64,000 bases of DNA from a virus: the IMG/VR virus record IMGVR_UViG_3300037130_000236; one strand, given 5' to 3'. The notes under the pieces are model-generated. The model had not been told where the DNA came from, did not search any database, and saw only the letters and a list, made by a program, of their open reading frames with translations. Below, piece after piece: positions 54,643 through 64,000 of this stretch (its first letter is position 1; every line of letters begins with the position of its first letter). The position numbers and the translations under genes were made by a program.

Positions 54643-55143
54643 CTAGTGAATGACATGGGTGAAGAGATGCATCACCCAGTTATGGCCGACATTGACGAGG
54701 CCAGACGCCGCGCCAATCAGGACAAGGGAAAGAATCCCTCCCAGGAAGGCAGCCAGCAGTTTGAGACTTGCAGGTGCCTGCTTGTCCGGAATGGTCAGGG
54801 CATACATCTCCCTGAGTGCGGGTGCTTCCGCTTCGATAACAGTCCGATCAACATTCCACTTCTTGCAGAAGGTGTCGATCTTGGCCGTGGCTTTGTCCCG
54901 CAGGGCAAAGTACGCAGGCGATCCTTTGGGTAGTCCCTTGGCCTGGTGGCCATTGGCTGTCTCGATGATTCGGGCCAGAGCCTTTTCAAGAGCTTCCTGG
55001 TCCCGATGCTGGCGCCAGGCGTTGAACGTGCTCATGCCCGTTCCGTGCCAGGAGCGAATCTTGAGGCCCGCCTGTTGTAACCAGGGCGTAGAAACCTCTG
55101 CGGTGATGACTGCGGCCATGCTGCTCCTCTTATGACTCCACAA
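54643..55143 (-). CDS. Membrane-anchored hypothetical protein
   Basis: C-terminal TM helix. Confidence 0.55.
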   Translation of the reverse strand: MWSHKRSSMAAVITAEVSTPWLQQAGLKIRSWHGTGMSTFNAWRQHRDQEALEKALARIIETANGHQAKGLPKGSPAYFALRDKATAKIDTFCKKWNVDRTVIEAEAPALREMYALTIPDKQAPASLKLLAAFLGGILSLVLIGAASGLVNVGHNWVMHLFTHVIH

Positions 55144-55146
55144 TAA

Positions 55147-55171
55147 GAGCCCCGACCATTGGCCGGGGCTC
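55147..55171 (-). terminator. Intrinsic terminator-like hairpin
   Basis: GAGCCCCG / CGGGGCTC followed by TTATTG on the minus strand. Confidence 0.55.
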
Positions 55172-55231
55172 AGGGGAACTACCTAGTGCAATCGGTATTT
55201 GTCATCCGCTCGATCAGAGCGAACTCGGCCA

Positions 55232-55939
55232 TCAGGCTGCCTCTTTACCGTACTCCCCGTCGGGAAAAGGATCTGTGTTGACCTGTTCGGCAGGAGCTTC
55301 TTCGACAGCTGGCGCTGCTTGGAACTCAGACGGAACTTGCTCGGCAGGAAGCTGGTTGCTGAGCACCTGATCGGGGTCAATGCCTGCATCGATCATCTGT
55401 TGACGGCGCATGGCTTGCTGTTCCTCCATCACGTACTTGCCGAGGCGTTCCGTGACATGGCGGTCGAATTCGACCTGACGAGCAGCTTCGTCCTCGATCT
55501 CGTGGAAGGGACAGCCGGCCGTGTCGAGCTTGACGACATCGGTAACGGCCCGCTTCAGTGCGAAGGTAAGCAGTCTGGACTGCTCGTTGAGCCCGTTGAT
55601 CTGGTTCAGGATGGTGAGGCTGACCGTTTCTTCAGCCTTGGGCTTGACAACCACCTTGGCATCCTTGAACTGATCGAGCGAGGCAATGTCGGCGCGAATG
55701 GTCTCGGCCGCGGCGCGCGCCGAACCCAGGTTGCCGATGGTCAGAGCCGGTGGCTGGAAGGTCTTCGTGGTATCACCCACGGTGACTTCGACCACAAACG
55801 ACCAGCGACGGATCTTGCGCTGGGCTTCCTTGCTCTTGGGTGCGAGGTTGTTTCTGTTCTTCTTGGGCGTTCTGGTTCTGGATACTGGCACGCATTTCTC
55901 CTGAAGTTGTAACTTCAAGTCCAGTGTGCAGAAACTCAT
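55232..55939 (-). CDS. Hypothetical protein (start uncertain)
   Basis: Long ORF with a basic N-terminus and acidic C-terminus. Confidence 0.6.
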   Translation of the reverse strand: MSFCTLDLKLQLQEKCVPVSRTRTPKKNRNNLAPKSKEAQRKIRRWSFVVEVTVGDTTKTFQPPALTIGNLGSARAAAETIRADIASLDQFKDAKVVVKPKAEETVSLTILNQINGLNEQSRLLTFALKRAVTDVVKLDTAGCPFHEIEDEAARQVEFDRHVTERLGKYVMEEQQAMRRQQMIDAGIDPDQVLSNQLPAEQVPSEFQAAPAVEEAPAEQVNTDPFPDGEYGKEAA

Positions 55940-56459
55940 GAAAGTACCAAAGGCATGGCAGGCTGGCCTTACGACCAGCCTGTTCCGTCCATGCTGTAGT
56001 CTTTGGCTACAAGCGCATAATCCATCTCCTTCGGCAGGCTGCCTACGCCGCACACCGGCACGCTGTGGCCGAACAGGCGGTGTTCAACATCGTGAAACGC
56101 ACATGGTATTGCTTCAGAACATCCGTGATGCGTTAAGCGGGCGGTGCTCGGGACATCTTCGCTCCAATGAGAGGTGCATTCAGCGCGAATCGGTCGAATC
56201 ACGCCGGTGAATGGTTGAGTAGGCCATCAACCGGTGGAATCCTGCCGCTTGTCGGGACATCAATCGCTCCATTTAGCGATTAACGGAATCGTGAATTAAC
56301 CACTAGGGACATGTTTGCCTATACTAGAGCGGGAAATCCCGGACCAGAAAACAGGCAAAGTGTGTCGAAAGTATCAAGACTCGATCGGAACTCTAGGGAT
56401 GTCCCGACATCTCACTTGCAAAAATCCGAACCTCGATGCGGAATTGAATCCGCAGGAGA

Positions 56460-56945
56460 TTAGGCTGCCGATGCCAACGCGTCGGCAATGGCTTCGACGG
56501 CGACCGGACCCGGGGTGGATGCCGGCGCCAGGACCGTAATGGTCTTGGCGCGCGCATGGAATCCGCGGCCACTGGAATTGCGATGCCACTCGCTGGTCAC
56601 ATAGACCAGATCGCCCTGCTTCAGCGCCAGGATCTGGGCATGCAGGGTGGGATCGGCGGTCTGAACGAACCGGTCCTTGTCGGGATTGATCTGGATCACA
56701 AGGCCGATGTACTGACGACCGAACTCGTCCTCGATGCCCTCGTCACGAACGGCGAGCACGGTGCCCTGCATCCGGATCTCGGTGTACACCTCGGTGCCCA
56801 CGGACAGACCCTGGCCGTCCAGGATCTCGCGGTTCTGTTTGGTCTGAAGTGCGAAGTTCTGCGCGGCACGAACGAACGGCTTAATCGCCACGGGCGGCGT
56901 GTTGCGCTGCTGATTGCGCTGGCGGCTAACAAAAGAGCTGGCCAT
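56460..56945 (-). CDS. Hypothetical protein, possible OB fold
   Basis: AGGAGG RBS; beta-rich GTVLAVR...GDLVYV pattern. Confidence 0.55.
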   Translation of the reverse strand: MASSFVSRQRNQQRNTPPVAIKPFVRAAQNFALQTKQNREILDGQGLSVGTEVYTEIRMQGTVLAVRDEGIEDEFGRQYIGLVIQINPDKDRFVQTADPTLHAQILALKQGDLVYVTSEWHRNSSGRGFHARAKTITVLAPASTPGPVAVEAIADALASAA

Positions 56946-57291
56946 TTGATTGCCCTCCTTTGGGCATTTGCGTTGTTGGTTGAGGTTGTGCATCGGCAAA
57001 GACCGAGGCAGTTACTGGTGAGCTTGAGGTCTCCGAGGAGCCGGAGCGATGGCGCCAACGAACACCATGTTGGAAGAGAACTGTCCAACTTGGCATTGGG
57101 CACAGGCATCGCCACGATATGGCTTGCCTTGGTTGTCCTCACCAGAACGGCAAACCACTTCGAGGTTGCCGAAAGATGGGCGGTAGCTGTGGCAGGCACG
57201 ACGCAGGAAGTCCCTGGTCTTGGCCACAATCACCTGGCGGTTCGGTTCGTCAGGCCTCATGTCGCCGGCAAAGATGACCAGCTTGGTGAGG

Positions 57292-57669
57292 TCAGACTCC
57301 GGACTGGTCAACTCCCTCGGGAGGACCGGACGGGGCAGACGGATTGTCCCTTGCATACAACGCCTCCTCAGGCATGGGTGGAAGATGCGGAAACTGAGCA
57401 GCCCACTGTGTAAGCCGCATCTGCAGCTCACAAAGATCAGTGGTCTTGCCGGTGAATACCAGCTCGGCTGTGTGCAGCACAGGCGTCGATTCAAGGACAT
57501 TGACCCGGACATCGATGGGCAGGCCGGACGCACACTCGATCCGGCCCAGAGCCAATGGAAATCCAGGATGGTAGGCAACGATCAGCTTGCAGGCGCCGGT
57601 CGAGCCGGGATCAGCAAACAACAGCTTCTCGAAGTCATTGCACTCGAAGTCGTTGAAGTCGCTGGGCAT
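57292..57669 (-). CDS. Hypothetical protein
   Basis: TGATG coupling. Confidence 0.5.
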   Translation of the reverse strand: MPSDFNDFECNDFEKLLFADPGSTGACKLIVAYHPGFPLALGRIECASGLPIDVRVNVLESTPVLHTAELVFTGKTTDLCELQMRLTQWAAQFPHLPPMPEEALYARDNPSAPSGPPEGVDQSGV

Positions 57670-58127
57670 CAGGCAGCCTCAAGGAGCTGGATGCTTTCGG
57701 TCAGTGTTGCTCCCAGGATGTCTGAGGTGCTTTCAGGATGAGCAGCGGAGTTCTCGGCGAACACCGTCCAGAGCGTGAGGAACTGTTCCCGATGCTCCCA
57801 GACGTATTTGGCGATACGGTCAAGGACCGAGAAGCTCAGCAGCGTGTCGATCTCCCTGCGCGCGATGCGCATGCAGTCACCGAACTCACTGCTCGGATCG
57901 CTGATGAACAGTTGGTTGGCGTAGAGCTGGATCAGGTAGAAGGACAGCACTTGGCGTGCATCCTTGTTCAGGGTGACAGTGAAGACGACCTCACTGATGG
58001 CGACCAGCACTTGGTCATCCGAAGGGATTCCACCCTCGAACTTGGAAAAGGCAGCCTTGATCGCATCGGTGACAAGAATGCTGCCCTTAACCATGCTGGC
58101 AAAGGAATTGAGTAGACCAGTATTCAT
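57669..58127 (-). CDS. Hypothetical helical protein
   Basis: GGAGG RBS. Confidence 0.6.
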   Translation of the reverse strand: MNTGLLNSFASMVKGSILVTDAIKAAFSKFEGGIPSDDQVLVAISEVVFTVTLNKDARQVLSFYLIQLYANQLFISDPSSEFGDCMRIARREIDTLLSFSVLDRIAKYVWEHREQFLTLWTVFAENSAAHPESTSDILGATLTESIQLLEAA

Positions 58128-58404
58128 GGTGAGTCCTCCAGACCCAACGGGTTGTTGTTGCGTGAAAGATCGCCGGGCAGTCAAGGAGATGAACCTGCCC
58201 GGCGCCCTCTGCAGTGGAGTGCGAGGGAATCTCTGTGGATTGAGCGGAGCAAGCTCGACGCTCCAAAGAGCGGTCAGATAACGCTCCGACCCAGCGGGCC
58301 TGTTTCTAGCGCGGGAGGTCTCCGCTTTTCAGGATGCACGCACCCTGCCCCAATTGCATTGTGGATGGGGTCGAGCAGTGAAGCACTACGGCAAACACCG
58401 TAGG

Positions 58405-58704
58405 TTAGAACTTCAACTTGTCCAGTCCAATGCAGCGGACTGAGTTGTGGTTGACTTCCGGTGCAACCCGGCGAAACTTGGGCTTGGCCGGTCGACCCAG
58501 AACCGCTTGCAGTGTCTTCTCCATCGCAGCACCCGGCCGCATGAGGCGGACGTTGCGCTCCATCAGAGCAGTGAATCCCGGAAGGTTCTGGTGAGCCATA
58601 CCGAGAGCAACCTTGGCAGACTCCGAACCCAGGTTGTACTGGGCCAGCAGTCCATGGAGGACCTGCCGACGGCCGGTCCTGTCGAGAGCTTGAACATCGA
58701 TCAT
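58405..58704 (-). CDS. Hypothetical protein
   Basis: GGAG RBS. Confidence 0.55.
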   Translation of the reverse strand: MIDVQALDRTGRRQVLHGLLAQYNLGSESAKVALGMAHQNLPGFTALMERNVRLMRPGAAMEKTLQAVLGRPAKPKFRRVAPEVNHNSVRCIGLDKLKF

Positions 58705-59085
58705 GGCGAACTCCGCATTGCGGTTGACGATGTTGAGGTTGGGCTGAGGGCTAGAACTTCCGGCCGATCAAGCCGGTCGAATAGGCGAGCGTGTCACCGG
58801 TATCAGAACCGTTGAGCAGAGCTTCTCTCGATGCCTGGAAAGTCCGGGGCATGAGAGTGCGGATCATCCGGTCTTCGTGAATGGCGTGCAGGCGGTCCTG
58901 TCCTAACGTGGAACCGCGACGAGTGCGAGCATGAGGCATGGGCATAGACGAGGCTCTCCTTGAAGCCTGGTGGAAGTGGTTGAATTGTTGGGATTTGAAA
59001 CAGAGGGAGTTGGGAACCGCGGCATCAGAGAACAACAAGGTTCAATCTGCCACCTGAAAGTGAATGATGATCCCGGCCACGATAA

Positions 59086-59337
59086 CTACCGTGGCCAAGG
59101 TATGGGCTCAGCAGAATACATCCGCTCCAACTCGCCGACCTGAAAGGCCTGCTTGTTCTTGCGACGCTCCCACCAGAAAAAACCGGCGAAGATCAGAACG
59201 GCCAGGGCAACCTCGGCCATCAGTAAAGGAATCAAGTCACGGTGCTCCCAGACGAACAGGGAGAGAGACTGTGACGCATCGGAGAACCACGAAGGATCCT
59301 TCGGCGGATTGAGAATGATGACATCACCGTTGAGCAC
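59086..59337 (-). CDS. Small membrane protein
   Basis: AGGAG RBS; single TM helix. Confidence 0.55.
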   Translation of the reverse strand: MLNGDVIILNPPKDPSWFSDASQSLSLFVWEHRDLIPLLMAEVALAVLIFAGFFWWERRKNKQAFQVGELERMYSAEPIPWPR

Positions 59338-60314
59338 GGCAGTCTCCTAGCAGATGGCAGCCGATGCACCGGCAGCCTGCATGGCCTTGTTGCACTGGGC
59401 GTTAAAAATGGCAGCGAGAATCAGGGCAGTGATTACCCCGGCAATGACACGAGCAGCGATGTAACCAAGCATCTCCAGCATGAGCATTCTCCTTGAACAC
59501 ACAGGTTGTACCGAGTGGATGAGAGACAGGACGTAAAGTCCATAGAGGGAAGGCATTACAGCAAAGCGATGAGCCTGGTAGTGGAGTACCAGGCCCATGG
59601 GTGCCACAGATGGCACAAAGCTTGATCGAGCAGGATATAGCGACTCTGGTGTATAACCGGCTTTCCGCTTTCAGCAAAGCCGATGATGGGGTTTACACTC
59701 ACCCACCACTCCTGAACACAGCCAGAAGTGGATTTACACTAGGTCTCTCCGTCCTGCCTGACACCAACACATACACGCGCGCACGCGGGAGCTGGTTCTC
59801 AGGATTGCCCTTAAATAGCCAAACCACAATAGGCCGCGGTCAAGCTTCACCACCGTTCAATAGGCGGTAGTTTCAGCATGACTGGCTTTTATGGGCTTAA
59901 ATGAATCCGGCGCTCCAAAGCTCTTTAACGTGATCTGAGCATCGGGGACGTGGTACATGTGGGCATAAGCCACTGTAAGCATCTGAATGACAGACACTTA
60001 CCTGACTACCTCACCACTTCGCCTGACACGCCTCTACCCGAGGGCGAAGCCCCTCGGGACATAGCGGCTGTTCTGCGGCTGGTTGCCCAGCGGCGGGTAT
60101 TGACTGTTGGCATATCCATATATAGGTATTGACTGACCCTGGGCTGAGCCCAATGAGGCAATCGATCCCATGTGTGGTTCCAACTTGCCGATTCCCAGGA
60201 CGAATCCTGGTCATCAGGATGGGCATGACCCATCAATGTCAGAATCGTTCCAGAGTGGAATGATCCTGACATTTCGGCCTTCAAGCAGGGCCGAACCGCC
60301 AAGTTGTTAATGGT

Positions 60315-63300
60315 TTAGAAGTCTGTGCTTTCGTCGAACTCGAAGTCCTCTGAAGCAATCTCTGCCACCAGGTTGGACTTGTAGTCCGAGTGCAGCTCAG
60401 GAGCTGAGTCATAGACGTGGATCACGCCCTTGGGCGACATCATGTAGCTGCCGTCCGGGATGGTTGGATCGGCTGTGCGGGACAGGAGCTTGTCATTGCT
60501 GCGGTGGTAGATATTGCCACCGAGAGCCTTGACTGCTACTGGCCTAACCAGCCGGCGCTTTGCATAGCCGTTGAGGTCGATGAATGCGACGCAACCGGTA
60601 AGGCCGAGATCCTCCTCGGCCGACAGGATGTCATCCAGGATGTAGTTCGGCACACCGTCACCGACGGATTGCGTGAACTTGTCCTCCCCAACGAGTGGGT
60701 CGGTGTTGCGGTTATAGACCGTGTTGAGCCAGTAAATTCCGAACTTGCGCCGAGTCTCCACAGACCATGGCCGCCCGGACACACTGAGAGTGGTGCCCGA
60801 TACGGAGAACTGGTTGGTGTAGAAATCAACTAGGCCTGGAGTGTGAACTTCCTCCATGCTGGTGACCTTGCCGGTGGCGTCCTTGACCAGGATGGTCTCG
60901 GTGAAGCCATTGGCAATACGGTCATAGACGTTGTCAGGCAGCACGCCGCCGTTGTCGGCCTTGGCTTCCTGGAACTGACGAATCCACCAGCTGCGAAGGT
61001 CTCTGACCATCGAGAGGATAGCTTCATCCTCCGGATAGGCATTGAGCAGCTTGGCTGCCAGTGGCCGCTTGATCATGTGTTCCACCTGACGGCTCTCTTC
61101 GAGCAACTGGTCACGACGCGTGTTCAGCAGATTGAGCGCCTTGCACAGCTTGGTTTCCACCAGAATGTAGTTGCCCATGTTCTTGCGATCACGGGGCATG
61201 CGGTTGGCGAAGGAGATCGGAAAGACCAATGTCTTCAGAGCTTCCTTAGCCTCAGCGAAGAGCGACATCACTGTCAGCTTGTCGCCTTTACGCATCTGGG
61301 TGTAATCGATGACCAGGTCCGAGTTGGACATGGCACGAGCACACATGAAGTCTGGCTTGGCGGCGTTGACAAGCGATGCCACATAGACAAACCAGTCCAG
61401 CGTAGGCTCATACTCGATCGGCACGATCTTCGCCAGTCCCTCAGGCAGCAGCTGAATCAGCTCATGCCTTTGCGGAGCGATGAAGTTGTCAGGCACGATG
61501 AACGTCTTGGCCTGCAGGCTCTCACCGATGGTGATCCGGTGTTCGCCAGACAACAGGGTGTCCAGCCAGCCGTTGTTGATGAAGGAACCCAGGGATTCCG
61601 AATACTCGGTGAACTCCCTGAGCTGCTGTGCGAAGCAGTTGAAGTTCCACTCATCGCCGATGCCCAGCCACTTCTCGCGGTTGGTCTTGGCGAATGCGGA
61701 TACCTCACGGACTTTGATGGTGAGTTTGGGTTGAACTGGATAGTCCATCGTCTGCCACTTGGCGATGAAGGCAGGGTCCTGGATGGCGAACAGATTGTCA
61801 TCCATATCCCCACCATTCAGCTTGCCCAGCAGATCGCCGGCGTTGGCGCCGAAGAAGCACCAGCCCTGTCCCTTGGACTCCAGGAGTTCAGGAACAAGGA
61901 TGTTGCAGACAAGAACCATCTCAGTTGAGTTGGTGTTGGGATTACGCCCAACGAGCACCGGGCCTTCCAGGAGATCCGGAATGCACACGGTAGGCAGCCC
62001 ATCCCGCTCGCCACCGAGAGTGTCGAGTGTGAAGTCGGGCATGCCGTTGGGCATCATGACCAGTGGATTGGGCCGAGCATAGACACGGATCGCACCCTTT
62101 AGTGGAATGCGGCCGCGGGTAATGTCCAGAGAATCCTGGAAGCCATGCTTGAAGATCCGCCGGTAGAGCACCGGCAGAGTCTTCGATTCATGCTGCAGCT
62201 TCATGGCACGCACCAGCGCCCATTCGGGCTTGGGCATATCCATGTCGCGGCGAGCAGCGTCCGACACATTCACCAGAGTGGCGAAGTAGTCAGTGATGGC
62301 ATCTTCGTCGTCGCCGAAGAGGATCTTGGCACGCTCGTCCATGACCTCAAGGCCATACCGTACGCAGAGGTCTTCTTCGAAGAACCCGGCATTGGTGATG
62401 GTCTGAAGATCGGTCATGAGTTCGTGCTTGCTGGTCTTCAACAGCAGCCCGATGTAGATGCGGTCGCCATGAAAGACGACCTCGTCCTTGGAGCCATAGA
62501 GATAGATGTCATAATCTGCCATCCTCTCGTTTGCTGCGTAAATACCTTTGCCGAGACCGAATGGTCCGACCAGGGTTGCAGCGCACCCGTCAAAGCCGGG
62601 TAAGTTGATGACGCCAGAGCCATCTAGGAAGCTGGTCTCCTGATCGTTGAGCAGCTTCATGTTGAAGTTGAGAATGGAGATGACTCTCCCATTCTTCAGC
62701 TTGGCCATGGTGACCTGGCCTGTCGGCACCGGATAGCTCGAGATGATCTCGGCTTCCAGCATGGACTGGTGAGCAGCCATGGTACGGCGCATCCGCTTGG
62801 GCGCCTTGGGATCAGAGGAGATGAACACTCCCAGATCCTTGAGGCGCTTGACGTTGGCCGAAGCTGACACCAGGACCATGGTCCCGGTGCCATTGACATC
62901 GGCATAGACGACGCGGAAGCGTTCGTCACCTTCAGTCCAGCCGTGACGGCAAAGGAACTTCGCCGTTTCAGCCATGTCCTTGCATCCATCCTTGCCGGAC
63001 GCTTCGAATGTGACGATGCCATACCTGGCACCTTCGGGCATCAGTGCATCGAGAACCTGCCGGGTCTCATGCTGCATGAAGTGCTCGTCCTTCTGATAGA
63101 GAACAGGCTTGCCGGGATACGGCCGGCGCACACGAGTGATGATCTCTACGTCCGTTGCGTCATAGAGAATGTGGAAAGCCATTCGGCTGTCGTGGTTCCA
63201 CAAGGGAACTTCGACATCAGTCGCTTCGCCGTCAGAGTAGATGAACTCCTCTGCCGTTTGCTCATCTTCGAGACGCAATGCCTTCACGTCTTCCTCCTTG

Positions 63301-63368
63301 AGATGATTGTGAATTGGGCTGTGGCTTAGAGCGATCAGTTCGCTCAACAGATTCTTGTCGTTAGACAT
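60315..63368 (-). CDS. Single-subunit two-barrel RNA polymerase-like protein (YonO / cellular RdRP-like), ~1017 aa
   Basis: FLDGSGVI, GPFGLGKG, GPVLVGRNP, LNGGDMDDNLFAIQDPAFI occur in the order of the RdRP motifs F(S/T)DGxG, GxKG, VLVxxNP, SGxDLDGD.yfv.wD; AAGGAG RBS before ATG 63368. Confidence 0.75.
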   Translation of the reverse strand: MSNDKNLLSELIALSHSPIHNHLKEEDVKALRLEDEQTAEEFIYSDGEATDVEVPLWNHDSRMAFHILYDATDVEIITRVRRPYPGKPVLYQKDEHFMQHETRQVLDALMPEGARYGIVTFEASGKDGCKDMAETAKFLCRHGWTEGDERFRVVYADVNGTGTMVLVSASANVKRLKDLGVFISSDPKAPKRMRRTMAAHQSMLEAEIISSYPVPTGQVTMAKLKNGRVISILNFNMKLLNDQETSFLDGSGVINLPGFDGCAATLVGPFGLGKGIYAANERMADYDIYLYGSKDEVVFHGDRIYIGLLLKTSKHELMTDLQTITNAGFFEEDLCVRYGLEVMDERAKILFGDDEDAITDYFATLVNVSDAARRDMDMPKPEWALVRAMKLQHESKTLPVLYRRIFKHGFQDSLDITRGRIPLKGAIRVYARPNPLVMMPNGMPDFTLDTLGGERDGLPTVCIPDLLEGPVLVGRNPNTNSTEMVLVCNILVPELLESKGQGWCFFGANAGDLLGKLNGGDMDDNLFAIQDPAFIAKWQTMDYPVQPKLTIKVREVSAFAKTNREKWLGIGDEWNFNCFAQQLREFTEYSESLGSFINNGWLDTLLSGEHRITIGESLQAKTFIVPDNFIAPQRHELIQLLPEGLAKIVPIEYEPTLDWFVYVASLVNAAKPDFMCARAMSNSDLVIDYTQMRKGDKLTVMSLFAEAKEALKTLVFPISFANRMPRDRKNMGNYILVETKLCKALNLLNTRRDQLLEESRQVEHMIKRPLAAKLLNAYPEDEAILSMVRDLRSWWIRQFQEAKADNGGVLPDNVYDRIANGFTETILVKDATGKVTSMEEVHTPGLVDFYTNQFSVSGTTLSVSGRPWSVETRRKFGIYWLNTVYNRNTDPLVGEDKFTQSVGDGVPNYILDDILSAEEDLGLTGCVAFIDLNGYAKRRLVRPVAVKALGGNIYHRSNDKLLSRTADPTIPDGSYMMSPKGVIHVYDSAPELHSDYKSNLVAEIASEDFEFDESTDF

Positions 63369-63502
63369 GGTGATTCTCCTTCCCCCTCCACGGGGTCGGT
63401 TGAGTACGAATGAGTTTTGCTGGGTCTTGTGCGCAGAAGCCGCGGGCATGGGCTTCCTGTTGCCAGTCAGTTCCCATGCCCTGTTTGCGTCGTTGAGTAG
63501 TC

Positions 63503-63775
63503 TTAGAGGGAGGCAGGCGTTGCGGCCGTCTTCTTGGCGAAGAGGCCAGTGAACCCAGTCCATGCCTGCTTGGCTGCCGGGATCGCACAGACCTGAGCGG
63601 TGCCAGCCGCACGGGCTGTCACATCGGTGGTGCGCTGCGTGGCATCGGCGGCATAGTGAATGCCTTTGGCAAGGTTGTCGCCGATGAAGTGAATGGCGAT
63701 GGAGCTGAATGCTCCGTTGACGATTTCGTTCAACATGGCACGCTGTTCAGGTGTGAGCTGTTTCTTCGTGGTCAT
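63503..63775 (-). CDS. Small hypothetical protein upstream of the polymerase
   Basis: AAGGAG RBS. Confidence 0.6.
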   Translation of the reverse strand: MTTKKQLTPEQRAMLNEIVNGAFSSIAIHFIGDNLAKGIHYAADATQRTTDVTARAAGTAQVCAIPAAKQAWTGFTGLFAKKTAATPASL

Positions 63776-63801
63776 TTCATTCTCCTTGAATGGCAGCAAG
63801 C

Positions 63802-63971
63802 GAATTAGGACCGGGTGGGCTAAAACCCAAATAGGCCAGCCTCCCTGTACTACTTGTTACCTGGTGTCTTCATCCCCATCACTTGCGGCGCCTCGCACGA
63901 AGCCCCATGAACGAGTCACATGACCAGTTGCTGCTCTGTTTATGAGTCGCTGAATTAGACCCGGGTGGGCT
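63802..63971. repeat. Two 20-bp direct repeats GAATTAG(GA/AC)CCGGGTGGGCT, 150 bp apart
   Basis: 63802-63821 and 63952-63971, 18/20 identical. Confidence 0.75.
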
Positions 63972-64000
63972 GTCAGATAAATGTGGCAAATCTCTTACGC

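Noticed and set aside
59600-60300. Possible origin or promoter region (AT-richer, two TTTACACT copies)
   Set aside because: No iteron array or DnaA-box cluster is recognisable; evidence is too thin.
63369-63563. N-terminal 65-aa extension of the polymerase ORF in the track
   Set aside because: It overlaps the upstream gene end and looks non-protein-like; a strong AAGGAG RBS precedes ATG 63368.
1-64000. Alternative genetic code or suppressor tRNAs
   Set aside because: Genes tile completely under code 11 using all three stops, and no tRNA has a CTA, TTA or TCA anticodon.

Overview
A 64-kb, almost entirely minus-strand, tightly tiled gene run from a large mobile element (large phage/prophage or phage-plasmid). 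Only an XRE regulator and an inserted IS4 transposase lie on the plus strand. No capsid, integrase, conjugation or core housekeeping operons are visible. An Acidobacteria-like host is my guess from the class II RNR sequence only. From left to right: (i) a replication/repair block (NrdJ, WGR-ligase, MazG-like, DnaX-like, second ligase, divergent UDG-4, DnaN, Rad52/Sak, RecD2, RNase H, peptide deformylase, SSB); (ii) a PRTRC ubiquitin-like cluster lacking its JAB protease and preceded by a Cdc123-like ATP-grasp gene; (iii) a translation-related RNA island with tRNA-Leu and tRNA-Gln, a tRNA-Trp with a long variable arm, two tRNA-like RNAs of 131 and 143 nt with giant variable regions, a circularly permuted tmRNA with a 30-codon tag, Pth2 and a SpoU/TrmH methyltransferase; (iv) NADAR, macro-like and SLOG genes, a third (phosphoesterase-fused) ligase, two HNH endonucleases and a complete IS4 with 9-bp TSD; (v) many small unknown ORFs and a ~1017-aa YonO/cellular-RdRP-like single-subunit RNA polymerase with a variant catalytic motif. 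Eighteen of roughly 100 plausible ORFs end in Ala-Ala. All family assignments are by-eye motif recognition; no searches were run.
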